A model generated the notes under the pieces. That model was not told the origin of the DNA. It did no database searches and saw only the letters and a program-made list of their open reading frames with translations. Shown one piece after another: positions 1-7,659 of a DNA stretch of 64,000 nt (within the stretch, counting starts at the first letter, position 1; each line of letters starts with the position of its first letter). The DNA is taken from positions 880 through 64,879 of the forward strand of contig JABDBI010000002.1 in the NCBI GenBank assembly GCA_013288705.1. Reading direction: 5' to 3'. The position numbers were made by a program, and so were the translations under genes. This stretch comes from Methanobacteriota archaeon (GTDB lineage Bacteria > Myxococcota > UBA727 > JABDBI01).

Positions 1-1182
1 AAATAACGCATTTTCATCGCCGCGCACCATTTCCAAAGCTGTCAGATAGAATTCTCTATCTAAGTGCGGTTCAAGCATATTAAGGGCCCATAGATTGGTC
101 TCGGTCTCTTCTATAGTACAGCGGTTCTTGCTCGGATCTCGCCCTATGCTTCCACGAGCAATATGGCCAATCTCATGTAGTAAGACGAATGCTTGAAGAG
201 CTTTAGGCAAAGTATCCCGATAAAGAATATGATAGCAAGTACCTTCGGCATAGACCAGCGACGCACAATTGAGATTACTAGCAGGCACTGCCCTAACGGA
301 TGCTACCCGATATCGATTTAAGAGTGTCGATGTTAAACTCTCCAGTGTCACGCTCTTTCTTTCGTCGACGTATTTGGTGTAGAGAGAGGCAAGTGATACG
401 TCATCATGAATTGAGCCAATCACTTCCCCAAACTCACCAATTTGAATTTGCCCGTCTGCGCCAATCACCAAGGGAGGATATTTGCTGCCACGACGTTTTT
501 TGCCTGCTTTCATATCATACTGTGGAATAGCCACCCACTCACCATCGTGGTTATACTTTTGGCAAATGCCCACGATATGCTGTTTTTCTTCTGCGCTGAG
601 TGCGAGCTTTTCTATATCGCTGCCGCTTTCTTCCCAAAAAGCAACCTTCACCTTGTACAAGCCCAGTTTCTTTGCAAGGGCAAGAATATTGTCCAGGTCC
701 CGCCAATTTCCCTTGTGGCAACAGATAGCCAAGTTGGCCTTTAGCCCACTATTCTGAATCGCCTCAATCGATCGCAAAACAGCTTCAAACACACCAGGCG
801 CTCGATATTTGCGATTTGTTTCTTCCGACGCACCATCTAAACTCACTTGCACACAGGGCAAACCAAGGGCCTTCAACCGACTTGCAATTGTCGGCGTAAT
901 TTCAATACCAGTAGCACCAAGCAAGGGCATGATACGGTACTGCTGCATGAGTGCTAAAATCTCGAACAGTTTTGGATGCAAAAGAGGGTCGCCGCCGGAA
1001 ATCGGCATCATATAAACGCGATGTAGGCGCGCTTCTTCAAGTATACGCGCCACGGCCGAGAACTCTAGTGCAAATTGATTGAGCTTACCCGAGCGAGTCA
1101 GAAAGCAGTGTCCGCAAGAAAGTTGGCAACTATAAGTAATATAGAGGCTCACAACGGGTGGCAAAAAGATACGACTAGCCAT
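1..1182 (-). CDS. radical SAM enzyme fused to a C-terminal HExxH (ImmA/IrrE M78-like) peptidase domain; 3' end runs off the left window edge
   Basis: Absent from the ORF track because it has no stop in the window. Manual translation from ATG 1182 is open for 394 codons. It gives MASRIFLPPVVSLYITYSCQLSCGHCF (CX3CX2C), GGDPLL, then LLHEIGHIARG...EETETNLWALNMLEP (HExxH plus downstream E..N..A..L.P pattern). The start overlaps the MFS stop by 8 nt (ATGGCTAG). Confidence 0.8.
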   Translation of the reverse strand, partial: MASRIFLPPVVSLYITYSCQLSCGHCFLTRSGKLNQFALEFSAVARILEEARLHRVYMMPISGGDPLLHPKLFEILALMQQYRIMPLLGATGIEITPTIASRLKALGLPCVQVSLDGASEETNRKYRAPGVFEAVLRSIEAIQNSGLKANLAICCHKGNWRDLDNILALAKKLGLYKVKVAFWEESGSDIEKLALSAEEKQHIVGICQKYNHDGEWVAIPQYDMKAGKKRRGSKYPPLVIGADGQIQIGEFGEVIGSIHDDVSLASLYTKYVDERKSVTLESLTSTLLNRYRVASVRAVPASNLNCASLVYAEGTCYHILYRDTLPKALQAFVLLHEIGHIARGSIGRDPSKNRCTIEETETNLWALNMLEPHLDREFYLTALEMVRGDENALF

Positions 1183-2422
1183 TGCTTAATTGCACACTTT
1201 TGGAAACTTGAGACGACGGAAGGAATAGCCAACATAGCAAAATCACTATGCCACCTAGCGCGGACACGATCGCGAATGCATCGGCATAGGCGGAACCATG
1301 TAGCAGCTTGCCACCGGCCACCATTGCCAGTGATGCAGCAATGGCACGTAACATAAAACACAGCGACATGACTGTCGTACGGCTTGGATGTCCAGCGGGA
1401 ATTTCCTTGTTGATGGCATAACGCACATAGGGATCGACAAGACCACGGATCATTTGGTGAATCACAATGGCTGAAAAGACCAAAGGCAATGCCGTACCGC
1501 CAAATAGGATCAATATCGATGAAGACAACATCAACACAATCACAAGCCAACCAAGCTTGAGGCCATCTGTTAACATCGAAGGAAGAAAACTAAAGCAATA
1601 CGCGCAAAAAGCAGCACATAAATTAAATCCTGCCATCATCCAACCAAACTCCGGCAATGAGACATTAAAACTACCTAGCATTGGCTGATAGAAATTGAAC
1701 CCAGCACGCAGAACACCAAAGCAAATCGCCGAAAATAAAATAACACTAAACACCGTGCGATTAGTAACCGCAAGTTTAACGCCAGTTCTCAAAATATGCC
1801 CAAATTCTTGAAACACCTTGGCTGCAACTTGTGGTGTTGGCTTAGCGCTCTCTTCGATGGTGTCATCCAAAAATAAAAGCGCAACGACCAGTGTACTCAG
1901 AAGTAAAATGCAGTCGATGGCCAGCGGCAACCGCAAGTCGAAGTCGCCTAAATATCCGCTGCTCAGACAAGCCAACGCTGAACTGACTAGGCCAAGAGAG
2001 GTGGCTCTCGACGCGAGCTGGAAAAAACGTCCCTTTTCGCCAATTTTATTCAAATTCTCGTACACAATTGCATTCAAATTACCACTGCTTAAGGCAGCAC
2101 CAAAAGAAAAGACCACCGCTGTAGCTAAAACAAATTCAAAACGATGCACAAAAAACAAACTAAGCATCGCGAGCAGATAAATGATTTTTCCAAGAATGAA
2201 CGCGCGCTTGCGGCCCATCATGTCAGACAGCGTTCCACATGGCACAGTGATAAGACAATTCAATAACAAGATCACCGAAAAAAACCATGACATCTGCTCA
2301 AACGTGAGACCAACGTATTTGAGGTAAAATTCAACCATGACAGAAGCAAGAAATATCTCAATTGAGAAAATAGCTTCCACATAAAGAACAATTTTAGACT
2401 GTTTGATAATATGCGCTTCCAT
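1175..2422 (-). CDS. MFS transporter (probable exporter of the cluster product)
   Basis: 415-aa ORF with multiple hydrophobic helices and an MFS motif-A-like GTLSDMMGRKRAF. It sits tightly between the two radical SAM genes. Confidence 0.8.
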   Translation of the reverse strand: MEAHIIKQSKIVLYVEAIFSIEIFLASVMVEFYLKYVGLTFEQMSWFFSVILLLNCLITVPCGTLSDMMGRKRAFILGKIIYLLAMLSLFFVHRFEFVLATAVVFSFGAALSSGNLNAIVYENLNKIGEKGRFFQLASRATSLGLVSSALACLSSGYLGDFDLRLPLAIDCILLLSTLVVALLFLDDTIEESAKPTPQVAAKVFQEFGHILRTGVKLAVTNRTVFSVILFSAICFGVLRAGFNFYQPMLGSFNVSLPEFGWMMAGFNLCAAFCAYCFSFLPSMLTDGLKLGWLVIVLMLSSSILILFGGTALPLVFSAIVIHQMIRGLVDPYVRYAINKEIPAGHPSRTTVMSLCFMLRAIAASLAMVAGGKLLHGSAYADAFAIVSALGGIVILLCWLFLPSSQVSKSVQLSNG

Positions 2423-2430
2423 AGATTCTC

Positions 2431-3453
2431 TTAGGCAAATAAGTTCTGCTGATAGAGGCTATAAGCCACATGGCATTTATTTTGGTGCACTGCGGAAAAA
2501 TCAGCTATTGATTTAGAACTGGCATCTTTCGGCCCCAGGCCACGCCATTTCAAAAACAGTGCGTGCTGCTTCCAAACGTGCGCAATATCCTCAGGCTTAT
2601 GGACAGGTGGCGTTCGGTCTTCTTCTAGCAAGATATCGCAAGCAGACAAGGAAAAGTCATTGTTGACAACCAAACTCGTCGTGCCAGCCCCGCACCCAAA
2701 TGTGGTGGTACAATTGGAACAGGCAGCCTCTTTTTTTGTTAAAAAAGCGCTATCGATCAAAACTTCAGGATATAAAGACTGCAATTCTTCAAGCTTCTTG
2801 CGCACCTGCAAAACGAGATCACGAGAGAGTAAGAATGATGTACCGAGTCCCTCACCTGTACCGATTGGTACAAACGCGCTGAGTTTGAGCTGCCTCACAC
2901 CGAGATCGCGCACAAGACGATGAATTTCGGTCACGTGTTCCGCATTGTGTTTCGAAATCGTAAAGGCCATCGATACCTGTGCACCTGCGTCACGCAAGGC
3001 CCGCGCACCGAGGAGAATGCGGTCGAACGTGCCTTTGCCGCGAACAGGATCGCTCAACTCCGGTGCATGTCCTTCAAGACTCACTTGAAACTGACGCGCA
3101 CCAGCGGCGACCAAAGCACTTGCTCGTTCAGGAGTGACCAGTGTTGCGTTGGTTGCAATTTTGACGCGAATACCCTGTGACGACGCGGCATGAACAATCT
3201 GCTCTAAGTCCCGCCGAACTAGCGGCTCACCACCCAGCAATACCAATCCAACCACTTTTTTCGATACAAAATAGTCAATAAATGACAGAATTTTATCTAA
3301 TGGTCCCTGTTTCGTATAATCCGTTAAATAGCAGTGCGTGCAGCGCAGGTTGCACTTGCCAGTAATCTGCCATTTAACGAAAAGTGGAAATTCGAGCCAT
3401 TCAATATGTTTGGGATTTGCGATCATGGCCCTGAGCTTGAGGATGACATGCAT
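2431..3453 (-). CDS. radical SAM / SPASM-type peptide-modifying enzyme
   Basis: GKCNLRCTHCY (CX3CX2C), GGEPLV, and a C-terminal auxiliary Cys cluster CSNCTTTFGCGAG...SLSAC...KCH. An alternative start at ATG 3426 gives an ATGA overlap with the stop of the upstream 43-aa ORF. Confidence 0.85.
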   Translation of the reverse strand: MHVILKLRAMIANPKHIEWLEFPLFVKWQITGKCNLRCTHCYLTDYTKQGPLDKILSFIDYFVSKKVVGLVLLGGEPLVRRDLEQIVHAASSQGIRVKIATNATLVTPERASALVAAGARQFQVSLEGHAPELSDPVRGKGTFDRILLGARALRDAGAQVSMAFTISKHNAEHVTEIHRLVRDLGVRQLKLSAFVPIGTGEGLGTSFLLSRDLVLQVRKKLEELQSLYPEVLIDSAFLTKKEAACSNCTTTFGCGAGTTSLVVNNDFSLSACDILLEEDRTPPVHKPEDIAHVWKQHALFLKWRGLGPKDASSKSIADFSAVHQNKCHVAYSLYQQNLFA

Positions 3454-3554
3454 CCTTCGACAAGAATAACCTCAAAATCTGGTGCCTCATCTGCGAGCTT
3501 CCGAGATGCTTCTCGTTCTTCATTTTCTATTATTGTGTTGTCGATGTCTAACAT
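3423..3554 (-). CDS. candidate RiPP precursor peptide (43 aa)
   Basis: Below the track cutoff. AGGAG lies 8 nt upstream of ATG 3554. Translation: MLDIDNTIIENEEREASRKLADEAPDFEVILVEGCMSSSSSGP, an acidic leader-like N-terminus with a Cys + Ser5 C-terminus. The TGA stop overlaps ATG 3426 of the rSAM gene. Confidence 0.6.
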   Translation of the reverse strand: MLDIDNTIIENEEREASRKLADEAPDFEVILVEGCMSSSSSGP

Positions 3555-3611
3555 GGTTTTTTCTCCTCTTCAAATGGCGGTAAAACTGCTGATACCTGCA
3601 ATCAGATGAAA

Positions 3612-3640
3612 TGCATAAAGGGAAAAAATCAACTGGTCAA
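3612..3640 (-). promoter_or_regulatory. possible sigma70-type promoter of the RiPP-like operon
   Basis: On the minus strand, TTGACC (3640-3635), a 17-nt spacer, then TATGCA (3617-3612), about 55 nt upstream of the precursor ATG. The -10 is weak. Confidence 0.25.
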
Positions 3641-3743
3641 TATCTGCTGCCGGTTGTTAACTTCCCTTATGGGCGTATGCAGTTATATGGGGGCTCAAAC
3701 AGTTTGAACGAATCTTACCCATCTTTCGACAAAGTTAGTCAGA

Positions 3744-4370
3744 ATGGGCAAGTATATTAGCATAGGCGAGGCCGCCAAATTATTGGGAGTGTCCACCAAG
3801 ACTCTACGTCGATGGGAGGTCCAGGGGAAGCTCAAGTCCACTGAACGCACCGTTGGTGGTCAGCGGCGCTATGATATTTGTGGCTTGCGCCCACACAAGC
3901 GACAGCAGGGTGATGTCAATCGGCTTACGCTCGCATATGCACGCGTGTCAAGCCATGATCAAAAGTCCGATCTCGAGCAACAAAAAGACATGCTTCAGAT
4001 GTACTGTGCCGCACAAGGGTGGTCGTTTGAAATTGTATCAGATCTTGGTTCTGGCATGAATTATCAAAAGCGAGGTCTCCGTCGGATTTTGAACCAAATT
4101 ATCGATGGGGAGGTTGAGCGACTTGTGCTCACACATAAAGACCGACTCTTGCGTTTTGGCGCTGAGCTGGTCTTTTCAATCTGTGCGTCCAAAGGAACGG
4201 AGGTCGTGATGATCAATCGCGGCGATGAGCCGACTTTTGAAGAAGAATTGGCCCAAGATGTGCTCGAAATTATCACGGTCTTTTCGGCGAGATTATATGG
4301 TTCGAGAAGCCACAAGAACAAAAAACTGATCGAGAACTTGAAGACAGCCGCTGAGGCCGCCCATGCCTGA
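3744..4370 (+). CDS. tnpA: IS607-family transposase TnpA (MerR-HTH + serine recombinase)
   Basis: N-terminal HTH ISIGEAAKLLGVSTKTLRRWEVQGKL, followed by the resolvase core AYARVSSHDQKSDLEQQ. Confidence 0.9.
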   Translation: MGKYISIGEAAKLLGVSTKTLRRWEVQGKLKSTERTVGGQRRYDICGLRPHKRQQGDVNRLTLAYARVSSHDQKSDLEQQKDMLQMYCAAQGWSFEIVSDLGSGMNYQKRGLRRILNQIIDGEVERLVLTHKDRLLRFGAELVFSICASKGTEVVMINRGDEPTFEEELAQDVLEIITVFSARLYGSRSHKNKKLIENLKTAAEAAHA

Positions 4371-5811
4371 AGCAATTGCTGTCATCAAGCTCCGGCTAAA
4401 TCCCGACGCCGAGACCGCGCGGATTTTGGATGGGCAATCCAAGAAGTGCAACTGGCTCTACAATCAGCTTTTGGAAAAAGCGAATGCACTGCGAGTGTCA
4501 TATCGTGAGCAGCCGAGCGAAGAAATTAGCAAAGTGCTCTACACCAGCCGCGGTTTGAGAAATCTGGTACCCGGCTTCAAAGAGGAAAATCCCTTTTTGA
4601 AAACAGTTCACTCGTCACCACTCAAGAACGCAGCGCTCCGATTAACCGATTGCATCCAAAGTTATCAAAAATCGCGCAAAGGACAGCGCAAAGGCAAAAC
4701 TGGCTGGCCGAAGTTTCGATCCTGGAAAGCACAGTGGTTTTCTTTGTTTTACGACGAACCTAACAAAGGCTTTTGTATCGAGGGAAGTATCCTGCGCCTG
4801 TCTTTAGGCAGCGGATTAGACAGAAAGGACCGAGCTCTGCAAATTGCTCTTCCAGAAGCCTCTGCACTGAAGGGGAAGTCTGTCCGAAACCTGCGCATCG
4901 TGAAGCAGGCAGGTGTCTTCAGCACAGTGATGACGGTGGTTCGGCAAATGCCGGAGCAGAAACAAATTAAGCGCGTGATTGCCTTTGATCCAAACCACAA
5001 GAACTTTGCCTACGGCGTAGACAATGAAGGCAAAGCGATTGAGATAGAAAAACCCTGGTGGGTGAAGCGCTATGACCAACGCATCGATGAGATAAAATCT
5101 CTACGAGACAAAAAACAAAAGAAATCTCGCCTAATTCCAATTCTTGATGACCAAGGTAATCCAACCGGTAAGCAACGATTTGATGCTTCACGCCAGTATA
5201 AAAAGCTACAAACAACCTTAGAGCGAGCGCTCTCAAAACGCCGAGAACAGGTAAAGGTGTTTTTGTTCACGCTCGCCAACAGCCTATACCGCCAATATGA
5301 TTTGGTGGGTGTAGGTGATTACACTCCGAACGGAGGAGGAATCACGACGCCCATGCGCAGGGCGATGAACAATCAATCGTTGATTGGTCAGTTCAAGATA
5401 ATTGCAAAATGGTCTGCAGAGAAATCTGGTAAACATTTTATGGAGTTTGACGAAAGTGGGACGACCAGAACGTGCAACGTCTGCCATGATGTTGTGCAAG
5501 AAGGTTTGAGTCCGAGCATCCGCACGTGGATATGTGCAGGTTGTAATACCTGGCACATCCGCGATGAGAACGCAGCGCTCAACGGAATCACGCGCATCCT
5601 GCGGGAAGTGCAAGAAAGAAACCCAAAGCAATTTGGGTTAGTGCCCAGCTCGGGCCCCGTTTCTGTAAAGGAACGGTGGGCCTGGCGAGTTCGTCCTAGT
5701 GGCGTGTTACGCACGTCGCGGGGGATGGGCGGCTTTGTAAAAAGCAATCGCCAGGAAATTAAACGGAGGGCGTGGAAGCCCTCCATCCAGGCTGACCAAG
5801 TTTGTGCATAG
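4363..5811 (+). CDS. tnpB: TnpB (IS200/IS605-IS607 OrfB, RuvC-like RNA-guided nuclease family)
   Basis: RuvC-I VIAFDPNHKNFAYGV (D209), zinc finger CNVCHD...CAGCNTWH, and RuvC-III HIRDENAALNG (D401). The canonical RuvC-II position reads YDLVGVGDY, with G318 where Glu is expected. Confidence 0.9.
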   Translation: MPEAIAVIKLRLNPDAETARILDGQSKKCNWLYNQLLEKANALRVSYREQPSEEISKVLYTSRGLRNLVPGFKEENPFLKTVHSSPLKNAALRLTDCIQSYQKSRKGQRKGKTGWPKFRSWKAQWFSLFYDEPNKGFCIEGSILRLSLGSGLDRKDRALQIALPEASALKGKSVRNLRIVKQAGVFSTVMTVVRQMPEQKQIKRVIAFDPNHKNFAYGVDNEGKAIEIEKPWWVKRYDQRIDEIKSLRDKKQKKSRLIPILDDQGNPTGKQRFDASRQYKKLQTTLERALSKRREQVKVFLFTLANSLYRQYDLVGVGDYTPNGGGITTPMRRAMNNQSLIGQFKIIAKWSAEKSGKHFMEFDESGTTRTCNVCHDVVQEGLSPSIRTWICAGCNTWHIRDENAALNGITRILREVQERNPKQFGLVPSSGPVSVKERWAWRVRPSGVLRTSRGMGGFVKSNRQEIKRRAWKPSIQADQVCA

Positions 5812-5850
5812 ATGCATAGGTTTGTCTAAGTTTGGAAGAGCGGTAAGTAG
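5620..5850 (+). ncRNA. putative omega-RNA (reRNA) scaffold overlapping the tnpB 3' end
   Basis: Placed by analogy to characterised TnpB loci. The tnpB tail is low-complexity and basic. A perfect 7-bp hairpin GGAGGGC-gtggaa-GCCCTCC lies at 5765-5784. Boundaries are not determined. Confidence 0.25.
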
Positions 5851-5870
5851 CGCATGATGAAAAAACGCAA

Positions 5871-5998
5871 CCAAAAAGCGCGCCGAACGTGGTGGTTTTT
5901 CGGGGAGAATGTTTGTAACAACGGCGGAACATTTTGATGGAAGCGTTGGTGCGAACTACTGTCTCGCGCAGCCGGACAAATATCCTGAAGCAGATTAG
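5871..5998 (+). pseudogene. orphan 3' fragment (41 codons + stop) of a MazG-like pyrophosphohydrolase gene
   Basis: Translates KKRAERGGFSGRMFVTTAEHFDGSVGANYCLAQPDKYPEAD*. This is nearly identical to the C-terminus of the intact gene ending at 6947. No upstream coding part is present. Confidence 0.75.
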
Positions 5999-5999
5999 A
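5871..5999 (+). repeat. left copy of 129-bp direct repeat
   Basis: Aligned by eye to 6820-6948 with 5 mismatches in 129 nt. Confidence 0.9.
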
Positions 6000-6008
6000 G
6001 GAGGATTC

Positions 6009-6404
6009 ATGACCCAAACATGTCCCTGCGGCTCGAACAATGCCTACCTCAACTGCTGCGGTGCTTTTATCTCCGGGGCACGGCGTCCAGAAACACCAGA
6101 GCAATTGATGCGCTCGCGCTACACCGCCTACACCCAAGCCAATATCGACTACATATCCCGCACAATGAAAGGCCCAGCGATGGTGGGATTTGATCCTGAA
6201 GCTGCACGCGCATGGGCGGAGGGGAACGCATGGTTGAGGTTGGATGTGCTCAACGCCAGCGTGAAAGGCACGACGGGATTCGTTGAATTCGCGGCGCACT
6301 ATGCTTACCAGAATAAAGATCACATCATACACGAACGCAGTGAATTTCGTCTTGAAGATGGCCAGTGGTATTACACTCGAGGCCATTCGCGTACAAGGCG
6401 TTAA
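6009..6404 (+). CDS. ychJ: YchJ-family SEC-C motif protein (UPF0225)
   Basis: MTQTCPCGSNNAYLNCCG (SEC-C metal-binding motif)...LMRSRYTAYT...GQWYYTRG. GAGGAGG lies 5 nt upstream of ATG 6009. The track's longer N-terminus (5934) runs through the duplicated fragment. Confidence 0.8.
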   Translation: MTQTCPCGSNNAYLNCCGAFISGARRPETPEQLMRSRYTAYTQANIDYISRTMKGPAMVGFDPEAARAWAEGNAWLRLDVLNASVKGTTGFVEFAAHYAYQNKDHIIHERSEFRLEDGQWYYTRGHSRTRR

Positions 6405-6548
6405 TAGAGTCGGTTCAGCACCTTCGCATCAGCACGGTGTGGGACTTCAACAAACTTCGGATGTTGTCACGTCTTCCTCATTTTCTTGCCCGCGTTCGTA
6501 ATTAAGGTTCCTGTTGACAAAAGTCCACCGATGATTGACTCCCTCGTA

Positions 6549-6947
6549 ATGAAAAAACGTGTCTTCATTCAAAATAAATTATGGCGCGACCATACCCCAA
6601 AAATGCTGGAGCAAACCGGTTCGGTAATTCACACTAAATACCTCGACGACAATGCATTCAATCACCACCTTCGCCTCAAATTACGAGAAGAAGCCGACGA
6701 GGTGATTTCCGCTGAATCTCAGCAAGAACTGATGAACGAGCTTGCAGATGTGCTTGAAGTTATTGATGCGTTGTGTGCGCTTCATGAGATGTCGCAAAGT
6801 GACATCGTAGCGATTCAAGCCAAAAAGCGCGCCGAACGTGGCGGTTTTTCGGGGAGAATGTTTGTAACAACGGCGGAACATTTTGATGGAAGCGCGGGTG
6901 CGAACTACTGCCTCGCACAGCCGGACAAATATCCTGAAGCAGATTAG
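6549..6947 (+). CDS. MazG-like / phosphoribosyl-ATP pyrophosphohydrolase-like nucleotide pyrophosphohydrolase
   Basis: MKKRVFIQNKLWRDHTPKML...LREEADEV...ELADVLEVIDAL, the all-alpha NTP-PPase pattern. The start is uncertain (6486 TTG, 6531 or 6549). Confidence 0.65.
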   Translation: MKKRVFIQNKLWRDHTPKMLEQTGSVIHTKYLDDNAFNHHLRLKLREEADEVISAESQQELMNELADVLEVIDALCALHEMSQSDIVAIQAKKRAERGGFSGRMFVTTAEHFDGSAGANYCLAQPDKYPEAD

Positions 6948-6948
6948 A
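6820..6948 (+). repeat. right copy of 129-bp direct repeat (3' end of the intact MazG-like gene)
   Basis: See 5871-5999. Confidence 0.9.
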
Positions 6949-6961
6949 AACAGGAGCTGGC

Positions 6962-7219
6962 ATGGAGATTTTTCGAGACGATGTGAAGAATGAATTTTCT
7001 GTGGTTGTCGAGGGCAAGATGTGTAGGCTTCGTTTTCGACAGGTAGATGAGCGGACGGTGGATTTTTTCAGTACGTTTGTTCCGAGCGAATTGCGAGGTC
7101 GGGGAATCGCGGGGAGATTGGTTGAGTTCGCAGTGCATGACGCGCGAGGGCGCGGGCTTACGATTATCCCGACTTGCTCTTACGTGCGGGCGTGGTTGGA
7201 GCGTGAGGGTGGTGGTTAG
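6962..7219 (+). CDS. small GNAT-like acetyltransferase (YjdJ type)
   Basis: 85 aa, FVPSELRGRGIAGRLVEFAVHDARGRGLTIIPTCSY. This is the acetyl-CoA-binding R/Q-x-x-G-x-A-like motif of short GNAT proteins. Confidence 0.65.
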   Translation: MEIFRDDVKNEFSVVVEGKMCRLRFRQVDERTVDFFSTFVPSELRGRGIAGRLVEFAVHDARGRGLTIIPTCSYVRAWLEREGGG

Positions 7220-7659
7220 CATCCCGTGGAAATTCTCGCCTTGATGGTCGCAATCCCCGTCAATAGCGCAATCAAACCGAACATCACGCCAACCCCGATG
7301 GCAAAATAGACAAAACCAAGCACACAAAGCAGCGCAAAGGATATGCTGGCCGCCCAGGCAATTGGCAGCACTGGTTTAAGTTGATTCGGTGGCAATCCAC
7401 CGAGGACCCAAAGAACCACAATCCCGAGGATGAGCAGCGCGGATACCGAAAGACCATTGCCAAGCCAGAAGTCGTACCAGGTGCAGTGTGCTCCTTGCCA
7501 GATGAAGTGAACGGATTTCATTTTTGAGAAAACTTCGTCTGCTTCAGGCCCGGAGGATCGTCCGTGCATAACGGTTGCTAACATGCCACCGAACGTGTGA
7601 CCGAGGGCGCCGAGGATTAGGAGATAGGAGCTGATGCGGTAGAGGTTGAAGTATTTCAT
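7216..7659 (-). CDS. hypothetical integral membrane protein
   Basis: Four hydrophobic segments. GGAAG lies upstream of ATG 7659. The track's longer form starts at 7764. Confidence 0.55.
   Translation of the reverse strand: MKYFNLYRISSYLLILGALGHTFGGMLATVMHGRSSGPEADEVFSKMKSVHFIWQGAHCTWYDFWLGNGLSVSALLILGIVVLWVLGGLPPNQLKPVLPIAWAASISFALLCVLGFVYFAIGVGVMFGLIALLTGIATIKARISTGC

Larger units (their letters stand above)
3645..5850 (+). mobile_element. IS607-family insertion sequence (tnpA + tnpB); ends approximate
   Basis: Serine-recombinase tnpA overlaps tnpB by 8 nt. RGTTTG-like subterminal motifs occur near both ends (3652, 3702, 3734 on the left; 5800, 5820, 5830 on the right). Exact termini are not resolvable from one copy. 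Confidence 0.6.

Noticed and set aside
5826-6386. Long antisense ORFs in the track. Examples: 5826-6386 (186 aa), 9299-9835 (178 aa), 26907-27440 (177 aa), 33260-33984 (two of 169 aa), 43236-43772 (178 aa), 52895-53371 (158 aa).
   Set aside because: Each lies opposite a gene with clear family motifs. They have Arg/Ser/Cys/Pro-rich shadow-frame composition and lack an RBS. They are treated as non-coding.
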